A model generated the notes under the pieces. That model ran no database searches, had not been told where the DNA came from, and saw only the letters and a program-made list of their open reading frames with translations. DNA of 64,000 bases, from positions 160,001-224,000 of the forward strand of contig OZ243037.1 in the NCBI GenBank assembly GCA_965212015.1. Reading direction: 5' to 3'. Source of the DNA: Cenarchaeum sp. (GTDB taxonomy: Archaea > Thermoproteota > Nitrososphaeria > Nitrososphaerales > Nitrosopumilaceae). Numbering within the stretch: position 1 is the first letter of the stretch; each line of letters starts with the position of its first letter. The translations under genes were made by a program, and so were the position numbers. This document shows positions 1 through 8,883 of the stretch, piece after piece.

Positions 1-78
1 TCGGCCGGCGTGCTCCTCTTTTCGATCTATTGGATTGCGCGCGGCCTGCAAAAGCGCAGCTGTTGCAGTATAAACTGA
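1..78 (+). CDS. 3' end of a probable membrane protein (partial, begins upstream of window)
   Basis: Frame 1 reads SAGVLLFSIYWIARGLQKRSCCSIN-TGA: a hydrophobic stretch followed by basic residues. Confidence 0.35.
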   Translation, partial: SAGVLLFSIYWIARGLQKRSCCSIN

Positions 79-124
79 CGCGCAGGTGCGAAAACGTTTT
101 ATTTTCCGGCGATTACCGCATCTT

Positions 125-922
125 GTGGATTTCAAGGACAAGACGGTTCTGATTACGGGGGCGTCATCTGGCATCGGCAGCGTCACTGCCGCAGAATTTG
201 CAAGATCCGGGGCAAACATTGCGCTGGTTGCCCGGAGAAAAGAAAAGCTGGATCAGGTCGAAGACGGACTGGGCGAGTTCCACGTATCGACTCTGGCATG
301 CCAGTGTGACGTCTCAAAAAGGGATCAGGTGGAACAAATGTCCAAGGAGGTACTCGAAAAATTCGGCTCCGTTGACGTCCTGGTCAACAATGCCGGAATT
401 ATAGCGTTCGGCTCCATATCTGATCTCAGCATAGATGAGATATGCTCGCAGATGGAGACGAATTACTTTGGAATGGTTTACTGTATCAAGAATTTTCTTC
501 CATCGATGCTCAAAAAGACGTCGGCCCACATAGTAAACGTCGCATCCGTAGGCGCAAGCGTCAGCATGCCGGGAATAGCATCCTACTGTGCCTCAAAGTT
601 CGCCATGCTGGGATTCTCAGAAGGACTCAAGCACGAGCTAGGCGGCACCGGGGTGGGGGTGACTGTCGTCAGCCCAATTGGAGTCAGAACAGACTTTATT
701 CCGTCGCTGAATACAAAGGCCCAATCCAGATATTCCTCGGTAAGCGCCAAAACCGTGGCCAGGGCGATACTCAGGGCGGCGAATTCATCGAGACTCGAGA
801 TTACAGTCCCGTCTGCGGCGCGTGCTGCGATATGGATGAAAAACACTTTTCCATACGTCGTAAACCCGCTTGCGGCAAAGTCGTTCAAAAAACAGCTCAA
901 AACCATGATGCAAAACGACTAG
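125..922 (+). CDS. Short-chain dehydrogenase/reductase (SDR)
   Basis: TGASSGIG Rossmann motif, NNAG, catalytic YCASK; start placed at GTG 125 (ORF open from 86). Confidence 0.93.
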   Translation: MDFKDKTVLITGASSGIGSVTAAEFARSGANIALVARRKEKLDQVEDGLGEFHVSTLACQCDVSKRDQVEQMSKEVLEKFGSVDVLVNNAGIIAFGSISDLSIDEICSQMETNYFGMVYCIKNFLPSMLKKTSAHIVNVASVGASVSMPGIASYCASKFAMLGFSEGLKHELGGTGVGVTVVSPIGVRTDFIPSLNTKAQSRYSSVSAKTVARAILRAANSSRLEITVPSAARAAIWMKNTFPYVVNPLAAKSFKKQLKTMMQND

Positions 923-1060
923 ATCCGGCAGAAAAGTCACACCCTGTATGCCAGACGTGGCATGTGCCGGCTTGAGATATGATCCCCCTGCGGTGCATGA
1001 AAATTGCGACAAAACCTAGATCCGTCGAGTGAACAGCTGTAATTTTACATAAGCAGATAT

Positions 1061-1507
1061 ATGGGAAAAACACGCGTAAAACGAATGCCTAGAGTAACGT
1101 TTTATGTTGTATTTCTCTTGCCGGTACTGCTTTCCTTTGTGTTTGGGGGGGCGGTTTTGGCCCTGCAGGATCACGAGGGAGGATACGCCCTGTTTGGTTC
1201 CGAGCAGATCAGCATTCTGGGACTAGAGTCCGCATATTCCGCATCTGATCCGGTGTCGATCCGGATATCTGCTGATGATTCCTTTGACTGCGGTGATCTT
1301 TACATTTCCATCTATAACTCGGCTACGGGGGAGCTAGTCAGGCAGGCGGGATTTTTTGATCAGTGCTTTGTACGGGCGGACTCTGACTTGCCACTTGGCG
1401 ATGACTTTTCTGAGGTAATTACCATACCGGGAAGCTATGAGGTCAAAGCCGACATGATTAACGAATTACAGCAGGCTTCTGTCAGGGGACAGTTCAGCGT
1501 GGGATAA
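1061..1507 (+). CDS. Hypothetical membrane-anchored/secreted protein with Ig-like beta domain
   Basis: N-terminal hydrophobic helix, beta-rich acidic body, one Cys pair. Confidence 0.7.
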   Translation: MGKTRVKRMPRVTFYVVFLLPVLLSFVFGGAVLALQDHEGGYALFGSEQISILGLESAYSASDPVSIRISADDSFDCGDLYISIYNSATGELVRQAGFFDQCFVRADSDLPLGDDFSEVITIPGSYEVKADMINELQQASVRGQFSVG

Positions 1508-1533
1508 GCCGTGTCCGTATACGTGGTGATTAC

Positions 1534-2763
1534 ATGACAAAAAAACCAGAGCAAAACATTGATGATGAAACAAGGCTGCGGGCGGAACTAGCCAAGCTCA
1601 AGGCGGAGCTCGAGGAGCAGAAAAAACAAAGCGAGGCAAGATCCAAAAAGCGGCAGGAAAAAAAGACAAAACTTGAAAAGGCAAAACCCAGACCCGTAAC
1701 GCCAAAAAAACAGCCAGAAAAGAAAAAACCCGAAAAGGCAAAACAACCAGTAAAGCCAAAACAACCAGAAAAGAAAAAACAGCCCGAAAAACCAAAACAG
1801 GCCGTAAAAGTAAAACAGCCGCAAAAGCCAACCGTACCCAAATCCAAAGCGCAGCCAGAAAAAAAGCCCGAGCCCGAAAAGGCAAAACAACCCGAAAAGA
1901 AAAAACCCGAAAAGGCAAAACAACCGGTAAAGCCCAAGCAACCAGAAAAGAAAAAACAGCTCGAAAAGCCAAAACAACCCGAAAAGAAAAAACCCGAAAA
2001 GGCAAAACAACCAGTAAAGCCCAAGCAACCAGAAAAGAAAAAACAGCTCGAAAAGCCAAAACAACCCGAAAAGAAAAAACCCGAAAAGGCAAAACAACCA
2101 GTAAAGCCAAAGCCTGAAAAGCCCAAGCAACCAGAAAAGAAAAAACAGCCCGAAAAGCCAAAACAGGCCGTAAAAGTAAAACAGCCGCAAAAGCCAACCG
2201 TACCCAAGTCCAAAGCGCAGCCAGAAAAAAAGCCAAAGCCCGAGCCGCCGGTAAAAAAACAGCCGCCGCCAAAGAAAAAGACCAAAAGGCAGCTCGAAGA
2301 GGAGGCCAGAAAGGAGAAAGAAGAGCGCGAAAGAACACTAGAAGAGGAGCTAGAAAAGGAGCTCTCCGACGAGGAGATAGAGAACTTTCAAATCGAAAAA
2401 GTCGACATGGAGAGGCTTACCAACAAGGTCTGCGAGATGCTGGTAGTCTATGAATCCGCAGGCGTGCTGCAAAGCGAGCTGTGGAAAAAGCTAAAGCTCA
2501 ACGGCAGGGACGGCGCAAGGCTGGCCCTGAAGCTAGAGCGGACGGGAATAATCAACAGGGAGAAGATACTGGAGAAGGGAAGGTGGACATACAAGCTGAT
2601 ACTCAAAAAGACGCCCATCAGCACCCAGTCGATTGGAAACGCACCGTGCCTTATCTGCCCCGTGGAGCAAAAATGCTCCCTGGAAGGCGATATAAGCCCG
2701 CGTACGTGCCAGTGGATTGAAGAGTGGGTGATAGCAGAGACAAAAAAACCCGCAAAATCATGA
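1534..2763 (+). CDS. RPC34/TFE-beta-like protein (winged HTH plus 4-Cys Fe-S domain) with long Lys/Pro/Gln/Glu repeat N-terminal extension
   Basis: C-terminal GVLQSELWKKLKL...LALKLERTGII wHTH and PCLICPVEQKC...SPRTCQWIEEW motif typical of the RPC34/TFE-beta C-terminus. Confidence 0.8.
   Translation: MTKKPEQNIDDETRLRAELAKLKAELEEQKKQSEARSKKRQEKKTKLEKAKPRPVTPKKQPEKKKPEKAKQPVKPKQPEKKKQPEKPKQAVKVKQPQKPTVPKSKAQPEKKPEPEKAKQPEKKKPEKAKQPVKPKQPEKKKQLEKPKQPEKKKPEKAKQPVKPKQPEKKKQLEKPKQPEKKKPEKAKQPVKPKPEKPKQPEKKKQPEKPKQAVKVKQPQKPTVPKSKAQPEKKPKPEPPVKKQPPPKKKTKRQLEEEARKEKEERERTLEEELEKELSDEEIENFQIEKVDMERLTNKVCEMLVVYESAGVLQSELWKKLKLNGRDGARLALKLERTGIINREKILEKGRWTYKLILKKTPISTQSIGNAPCLICPVEQKCSLEGDISPRTCQWIEEWVIAETKKPAKS
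1690..2280 (+). repeat. Intragenic nested tandem repeats (87-nt/29-aa unit; ~107-nt block duplicated 366 nt apart)
   Basis: gaaaagaaaaaacccgaaaaggc starts at 1894, 1981 and 2068; 1762-1868 recurs almost identically at 2128-2234. Confidence 0.92.
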
Positions 2764-3353
2764 AACTAATAGACGCACGAAGGGATCACTATCGGAGGCT
2801 CGCACACGAGCAAGGGTACCGCAGCAGATCCGCCTTTAAGCTAAAGGAGCTCAACAAGGCCTACAGGATTATCGGTCCCGGGTTTTACGTCCTGGATCTG
2901 GGGTGCGCCCCCGGGGGATGGCTCCAGGTCGCAGTACAGCTTGCGGGAAACAAGGGCAGGGTGCTTGGAGTCGACACGGCGTACGTGGAGGAGATAGAGG
3001 GCGCAGAGATGATTATCGGAAGCATCGGGGACGAGTCGATGCCCGATGACATAATGGGGTTTTTTGATAAAAAGCCAAACGCAGTAATCTGTGATCTATC
3101 GCCGCAGGTGACTGGCAACTGGTCTGTCGACCACGCAAGGCAGGTATCGCTAAACTATGACGCGGCAAAAATCATGGACAGGGTGCTTGCGGCAAAGGGC
3201 AACGCCATATTCAAGGTCTTTGACGGCCCGTATACCACCGAGTTTAGGGATTATCTGAAAAAAAAGTTTGCAAGGATAAAGCTCACAAAACCGCAGGCCA
3301 GCCGCAAGGCAAGCAGCGAGCTGTACTTTGTGTGCCTGGGATTTCTGGGCTAG
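2760..3353 (+). CDS. rlmE: 23S rRNA 2'-O-methyltransferase RlmE/FtsJ
   Basis: YRSRSAFKL, DLGCAPGGW, K-D-K-E tetrad region; ATGA overlap with upstream stop. Confidence 0.93.
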   Translation: MKLIDARRDHYRRLAHEQGYRSRSAFKLKELNKAYRIIGPGFYVLDLGCAPGGWLQVAVQLAGNKGRVLGVDTAYVEEIEGAEMIIGSIGDESMPDDIMGFFDKKPNAVICDLSPQVTGNWSVDHARQVSLNYDAAKIMDRVLAAKGNAIFKVFDGPYTTEFRDYLKKKFARIKLTKPQASRKASSELYFVCLGFLG

Positions 3354-4492
3354 AATACTATTCTTTTGACCTCGTCTATCCCGGCATCAGTCCTAAACCC
3401 GGTGGGATTAAGCGACGTGGGGCTTGCAGAAAACCCCGCATCCTGCAGCCGCCCTAGCGCGTCATCCAGCCTTGGCGGCGGGCGGCCCGCCTTTGATGCT
3501 ATCTCGTCTAGCGTGTGGTATGATGCAGGCATGCCGGACTCTAGGATGGACTTTGAAATGCCTTTCTCGCACATCTTGTCTACTGTCAGGTTTGCCGCCG
3601 CATCGCCCATTGCCTCCAGAAACTCTTTTTCAAACAGTCTGCCCGTCCACAGCGGACCTGCAAACTCGCGGCTCTGGCCGCACGCCTCGCACGGCAGTCC
3701 CCTGTCTGCCAGGGCGCCGCGGCCGCCGCACGCCTTGCACTCGTATATGTATCCGATGTTTGCCGCCTGATCCGGACGGTTCAGCATCCTCGCATAGATC
3801 CTGTAATAGTGCTGATCACTCTGCACAAAAAGCGGCTGAATCTCCATGTCCAGCCTGGCCGTGATGTGACGGAGGCACCCGAGAATCAGCCTTATCGCAA
3901 TCTCGTTTCCAAACTCCGATCTTATCGGGGTCCCGCCGTACCTTCTGAGGCACGCGCCCTGAAACAATCCGTTTAGCACCTGCAGATCCGTCGCAGTAAC
4001 TGACAGCATACCGCCGTGCATCGTGGCCCTGGCGCAGCAGTCAAGAAACCTTGCAGGCGAGCCGAACGGATCAATGTCGACTATGGCGCCGCGCCTGCCC
4101 TTTTTTGAGCGTCCACCAAAAAACCTGCACGTCTCATCACAGGAAAACTCTACATCTGTCAGGCCGTTTATCCCGGCGGATTCCCCTGCCAGCTCTAGTG
4201 CGTGCGGATTCAGATCGTTGAGTATAATTTTTTCAAACCCGCCGCTTTCATTGGCTGCCCTGAGTCCCCTGGCGCCGAGGCCTGACTGGCCCTCAAGAAA
4301 CACCCTCGGGCCGTCAAAGCCCCTGAGAAACGCCGCATACGCGACTGTGGAAAAGTCCCGGTTTATCTTTGCGCGCGGGTTGAAAAACACGGGCTCCATC
4401 GGCGGGGTCTTTTGGGTTATTGACGCCTCTGGCACGAGCATGTCAGTTGCGCCCTCTGTAATCGTAATTATCTCCGAGCCGAACCGTTGCAA
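3350..4492 (-). CDS. trm1: tRNA (guanine26-N2)-dimethyltransferase Trm1
   Basis: VFFNP...NRD, DIDPFGSP, TATD, CxxC zinc motifs, AGPLW, GFRTDA. Confidence 0.93.
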   Translation of the reverse strand: MQRFGSEIITITEGATDMLVPEASITQKTPPMEPVFFNPRAKINRDFSTVAYAAFLRGFDGPRVFLEGQSGLGARGLRAANESGGFEKIILNDLNPHALELAGESAGINGLTDVEFSCDETCRFFGGRSKKGRRGAIVDIDPFGSPARFLDCCARATMHGGMLSVTATDLQVLNGLFQGACLRRYGGTPIRSEFGNEIAIRLILGCLRHITARLDMEIQPLFVQSDQHYYRIYARMLNRPDQAANIGYIYECKACGGRGALADRGLPCEACGQSREFAGPLWTGRLFEKEFLEAMGDAAANLTVDKMCEKGISKSILESGMPASYHTLDEIASKAGRPPPRLDDALGRLQDAGFSASPTSLNPTGFRTDAGIDEVKRIVF

Positions 4493-4555
4493 TTGCGATT
4501 AGGCAACGCCCCTTTACCTATAACGGTTTAATATCGATCCGGCGCCACGGCCTGT

Positions 4556-5176
4556 ATGCAGGTGTGCGGGGTGGACGATGCCGGGCGCGGCTCCATGCTC
4601 GGCCCGCTGGTAATCGCCGGCGTCTCAGTCCGGAAATCCGAGGCCAGGGGGCTGACCTCAATGGGCGTTCGCGATTCCAAAAAACTCAGCGCCGCAAAAA
4701 GGGAAATACTGTACAGGAAAATACTCCGGTACGTTGACGGATATTACGTGGCAAAAATCACACCAAAGACCATAGATCGCAGCGTCGAGAAGCACCTGCT
4801 CAACCGCCTGGAGGCAAAATACATGGCAAGGGTAATCACAAAGCTGGACTCTGATGTCTCGTACGTGGACTCGTGCGACGTCAACAATGCCAGGTTTGGC
4901 AGGGAGGTCTCGAGGCTTTCCGGCCACAGGGTGCGCTCGTACCACCACGCCGACGACCGGTTCGTCATAGTCTCTGCGGCCTCGATTCTAGCCAAGGTGG
5001 TCCGGGACAGGGAGGTTGCAAAGCTTGGGGGGAGGCAGGAGATCGGCAGCGGCTATCCGTCTGATGTCCGGACAGTAAGGTTTGTCCGGCGGTGCGTGCG
5101 CAGGGACGGTAAAGTGCCGCCGTTTGTGCGCACCAGCTGGCGGCCGGTCAAAAAAATCATGCGCGACTGCCGGTGA
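4556..5176 (+). CDS. rnhB: Ribonuclease HII
   Basis: GVDDAGRG, DSKKL, AASILAKV, GSGYPSD. Confidence 0.95.
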   Translation: MQVCGVDDAGRGSMLGPLVIAGVSVRKSEARGLTSMGVRDSKKLSAAKREILYRKILRYVDGYYVAKITPKTIDRSVEKHLLNRLEAKYMARVITKLDSDVSYVDSCDVNNARFGREVSRLSGHRVRSYHHADDRFVIVSAASILAKVVRDREVAKLGGRQEIGSGYPSDVRTVRFVRRCVRRDGKVPPFVRTSWRPVKKIMRDCR

Positions 5177-5840
5177 ATCTTGCGACTGCCATGGCGTGAT
5201 CCTTGTCGTACGGCTCGAGGTTGATCTCTTGGATGACCTCAAAGTCCGCGCCGAGCTTTTTGATCTCGTCTTTGATCGTCCTTTTTGGCGACCTTATCGT
5301 GTCTATGCTGCGCGCCTTGATGACAAGCAGCATGTGCCCGCCGTCCTTTAGGTACATCTTGCAGTTGGATATGGCAATTTCCGTCTGGTCTGGCTGCGCA
5401 ATGTCCACGTACACCACGTCGACTCTGCCAAACACCGAAAAGTAATCCCCCGGCCGCCTTGCGTCCTGCATTACGGGGACAATGTTGCTGCGGTGCTGCG
5501 CCACCCTGTCCAAAAAGTCCCGCGCCACCCTGCTTGCGTGCTCTACGCCAAAGACCATCCCGCTACTGTCCACGATATCAGAGATGTGGCTTGCCGTGGT
5601 TCCCGTGGATACCCCGAGGTATAGCACCACGGACTCGCCCTTGATGGGGCACACCTCCAGGCCGTTTAGTATTGCGGCGGCAAGCTTGCTTCTGAATGGA
5701 TCCCACAGCCTGTATTCGGTCCCCTTTTTGAGCACGAGCTTTTCATTGTACACCTTGTTTCCTGGCACAAAGTTCCTGGTCGCAAGCCTTTGAATGCCGT
5801 CTGATTTTACCCAAAAAATCCCGCGGCTATCGTTTTCCAA
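5157..5840 (-). CDS. flpA: Fibrillarin, C/D sRNP 2'-O-methyltransferase
   Basis: WDPFRSKLAAA, VLYLG..TGTT.SH, DIAQPDQ, LEPYDKDH; start placed at TTG 5840. Confidence 0.95.
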   Translation of the reverse strand: MENDSRGIFWVKSDGIQRLATRNFVPGNKVYNEKLVLKKGTEYRLWDPFRSKLAAAILNGLEVCPIKGESVVLYLGVSTGTTASHISDIVDSSGMVFGVEHASRVARDFLDRVAQHRSNIVPVMQDARRPGDYFSVFGRVDVVYVDIAQPDQTEIAISNCKMYLKDGGHMLLVIKARSIDTIRSPKRTIKDEIKKLGADFEVIQEINLEPYDKDHAMAVARFTGSRA

Positions 5841-7047
5841 ACCGCTTTCTCTTTTTGCCTTTTTTTGGGGCCCTGTCGAATCTTTTCTTAAAGCCGCCCC
5901 TGGCCGGCTTTTTTTCGGGCCTGTCTGGCCTGGGGGGAGGGGGATCCTTGTACTTTTTGTCAATCTCATCAATCCTGATGTTTAGCTTTTCTAGCAGCGT
6001 GGCGTTTAGCTCCTTGTCGTGCATGTCGACTCTTGCGGCGATGGCAGCCTTTGATGCGACTGCCCTTGCTATCTTTCCGCGCTGCCATCTCGGGGCGGCG
6101 TGGACCAGCGGGTGCTGGAAGAGCAGGCCGTGCTTTGGGGGCTGCGTGCCCGTCTTGATCGACCTGAACAGCGCCCTTTCTGCGCCGATTATCTGTATCG
6201 TACTGGAGGGCATCATTGCAAGCCTCCTGAGGCTTCCGGCCTTTGCAATCATCCTTGCGCTTACCGTCGTGCCAAGTATGGCAGTGAGGTTTGGCGCCAC
6301 TGCCTTCATCTGCGACTCCATGTGATCCTCCATCTTTTTTCGCAGCTTGTGCAGGTCCAGAATCTGTCCTGCCAGTGTCTGGACTATTTCAAAGTTCTCA
6401 TCAGAAATGTCCGCCCCGCGGCTTTTTTCCTGCACCAGCTCCAGCATTTCTATCTTAGAGTCCGGAAAACCCGCATCCGCATACGCCTGCCTTGAGAGAT
6501 CCCCCCTTCGTCCCACAAGGACCAGCTGCGCGTATCCGGGAAGGCTGTCTACCAGGTTGTCAAGCTCTGGAAAATGCAGGCTGTACCATTCTCTCAGGTG
6601 GGAGCCCATTATGTTGGTTATCTTGTCCAGGTCGTCTAGCGTGTTGATTGCCTGGATGGCGTGAAGATCGGGGCTTTGCGATATCTCTGTTATCTTTGAT
6701 GAGGACAGCTCCATTGCAAAGCTTCTCAGCCTCTCCATTGCGTCCTTTTCGTCGCCGGCAAGGCCGGCCTCTGCGAGAATCTGCGGCTTTGCCGACTGGA
6801 TGCGCTCGCACTCGTCCCCGTCTGCCATCTGGCAGTCGACTGACTCTTTTTTGAGGACCGACCGCAGCGACTCGTCGTTGACTAGGACGTCTGATCCGGC
6901 CAGATACCTTACGACCTCGCCTGATATGCCCTTTTTGTTTTTTATCTCCGTATACTGCCTTGCCGGCTCGTCAAAGGCGAAGCTTTTGAGAAAGCGGTCT
7001 TTTTCGTATATGATTATTCCGAGTTCCGTGAGGATACACTTGTGCAT
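5827..7047 (-). CDS. nop5: C/D box sRNP protein Nop5 (Nop56/58)
   Basis: LREWYSLHFPEL, APNL, PSSTIQIIGAE, PKHGLLFQHP, RGKIAR; basic tail. Confidence 0.95.
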   Translation of the reverse strand: MHKCILTELGIIIYEKDRFLKSFAFDEPARQYTEIKNKKGISGEVVRYLAGSDVLVNDESLRSVLKKESVDCQMADGDECERIQSAKPQILAEAGLAGDEKDAMERLRSFAMELSSSKITEISQSPDLHAIQAINTLDDLDKITNIMGSHLREWYSLHFPELDNLVDSLPGYAQLVLVGRRGDLSRQAYADAGFPDSKIEMLELVQEKSRGADISDENFEIVQTLAGQILDLHKLRKKMEDHMESQMKAVAPNLTAILGTTVSARMIAKAGSLRRLAMMPSSTIQIIGAERALFRSIKTGTQPPKHGLLFQHPLVHAAPRWQRGKIARAVASKAAIAARVDMHDKELNATLLEKLNIRIDEIDKKYKDPPPPRPDRPEKKPARGGFKKRFDRAPKKGKKRKRFGKR

Positions 7048-7134
7048 CGGGTGTTCTCAACTAGCTCCATTAAAAAAGCTACCAGTCAATTGCTATAACT
7101 AACCGTTATATTCCAAACACGCCTAGCCCTGTAA

Positions 7135-8043
7135 GTGAAGCCGAGTCTTTTGACTAGTATGGGTGCCATGACCCTGCAAAAGCCCGCAATGCTTGCCTCC
7201 GGAATACTGGGCATATCAGTCGACGTCTTTGGGCGGATAATCGAGGCCGGCGCCGGCGCCGTGGTCACAAAGTCCCTTAGCCGGGAGCCGTGGGAGGGCT
7301 ATCCGAATCCGACCGTCCTTGGCGTCGGCGGCGGCGGGTGGCTAAACGCAGTCGGACTCTCAAACCCCGGGGCTGCAAACTTTGCCAAAATGATCCCCGA
7401 AAAATACGGCGCGCCGATTATAGTCAGCCTGGTGGGATCAGTCCGGGAGGATTTTGAATTCATGATAGGGCAGTTTGAGGGCCGTGCGGTGGCCGCATAC
7501 GAGCTGAACCTTTCCTGTCCGCATGTGGCCAAGGTGGGCCTGGAGGTGGGCGATGATCCGGGACTGGTCCGGGACATTGTGTCTGCGGCAAAAAACTCTA
7601 CTGATCTTCCGGTGATTGCAAAGGTGGGGCTGGGCACCACGCACTATCTCAAGACGGTGGGCGCCGCCCTTGAATCTGGCGCAGACGCAATCACTGCCAT
7701 TAACACGGTGCGCGCAATGGCAATAGACATCGACACCAAAAGGCCCATCCTGAGCAACAAGATAGGCGGACTCTCAGGCTCCCCGATAAAGCCGATAGCC
7801 GTGCGGTGCGTCTATGAGATATACTCGGAATACGGCGCGCCAGTCATCGGCTGCGGCGGGATATCCTCGTGGCGCGACGCAGTGGAGTTTATCCTTGCAG
7901 GCGCAAGCGCAGTGCAGGTGGGCAGCGCCATAGGCGCCGACAGCATTGGGATATTCGGGGACATAAACGACGGCATTACCCAGTACATGGAGTCCAACGG
8001 GTTTGGCAGCATACGGGACATGGTGGGCCTTGGAGGATCATAA
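7135..8043 (+). CDS. pyrD: Dihydroorotate dehydrogenase 1B catalytic subunit
   Basis: NAVGLSNPG, ELNLSCPH, GGLSG, GCGGI. Confidence 0.95.
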   Translation: MKPSLLTSMGAMTLQKPAMLASGILGISVDVFGRIIEAGAGAVVTKSLSREPWEGYPNPTVLGVGGGGWLNAVGLSNPGAANFAKMIPEKYGAPIIVSLVGSVREDFEFMIGQFEGRAVAAYELNLSCPHVAKVGLEVGDDPGLVRDIVSAAKNSTDLPVIAKVGLGTTHYLKTVGAALESGADAITAINTVRAMAIDIDTKRPILSNKIGGLSGSPIKPIAVRCVYEIYSEYGAPVIGCGGISSWRDAVEFILAGASAVQVGSAIGADSIGIFGDINDGITQYMESNGFGSIRDMVGLGGS

Positions 8044-8833
8044 CCGGCCTGAGATCCGCACCGTCGAGGAGGTAATCGACGAGACGCCCACCGTGCGGAC
8101 GCTTGTGTTCTCAGATGGCGTGTTGCATGATGCGCGGCCCGGGCAGTTTGCAATGGTATGGGTTCCCGGAATCGGCGAGCTGCCGATGAGCATAATGGTC
8201 TCGCAGCCGGGCAAGGCGGCCTTTACCGTACGAAGGCACGGCACTGCGTCTGCCGGGCTGTTTAACACGGGGGCGGGCCAAAAGATCGGCGTTCGCGGCC
8301 CGTACGGCAACTCCTTTGATGTCCGTCCCGGCAGGCTGCTGCTAGTCGGGGGAGGAACAGGCCTTGTGCCGCTGATGCGGCTGCTGACTTGCACGGGGCC
8401 CGATGACGACGTTACGGTGCTGATCGGGGCCCGGACAAAAGGCGAGGTGTTCTTTGAGGGTCTGGCGCGCAGATTGCTTGGGAAGAAATCGCGCATATGC
8501 GTGACTACAAACGACGGGACGTACGGCAGGGCGGGGCTTGTGACTGACGAGGCGGCAAGGCTTTGCGGCGAGACTGGGTTTGATGCCGTCTATACGTGCG
8601 GGCCTGAAATAATGATGTACAAGACAGTCCGGATTGCCAACTCTGCGGGTTTTTTTGTCCAGGCAAGCCTTGAGCGCGTGATGAAGTGCGGCATTGGCAT
8701 GTGCGGAAGCTGCTGTATGGGAAGGGATCTGGCGTGCCGCGACGGGACCGTCTTTGACGGAAGGCATCTTGCCTCGAATCCCGAGTTTGGCAGAACTTTT
8801 AGAAACAAGGCGGGAATCCCCGAAAATTATTAG
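8030..8833 (+). CDS. pyrK: Dihydroorotate dehydrogenase electron transfer subunit
   Basis: PGQF, RGPYG, GGGTG, CGP, MKCGIGMCGSC...C 2Fe-2S motif; start placed at TTG 8030. Confidence 0.93.
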   Translation: MEDHNRPEIRTVEEVIDETPTVRTLVFSDGVLHDARPGQFAMVWVPGIGELPMSIMVSQPGKAAFTVRRHGTASAGLFNTGAGQKIGVRGPYGNSFDVRPGRLLLVGGGTGLVPLMRLLTCTGPDDDVTVLIGARTKGEVFFEGLARRLLGKKSRICVTTNDGTYGRAGLVTDEAARLCGETGFDAVYTCGPEIMMYKTVRIANSAGFFVQASLERVMKCGIGMCGSCCMGRDLACRDGTVFDGRHLASNPEFGRTFRNKAGIPENY

Positions 8834-8883
8834 ATCTGCTAGCAAGGTTTAAAATAAATCGCTATTTAGAGCCGGTAAATACG

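Noticed and set aside
1145-1151. G7 run in a signal/TM-coding region
   Set aside because: In frame, encodes Gly-Gly-Ala, and there is no sign of disruption
1690-2280. Possible CRISPR array
   Set aside because: Repeat periods are multiples of 3, in frame within a CDS, with no unique spacers and no cas genes
1530-2338. Long minus-strand ORFs rich in Phe/Gly/Cys/Leu
   Set aside because: Antisense shadows of the A-rich repeat region of the + strand gene
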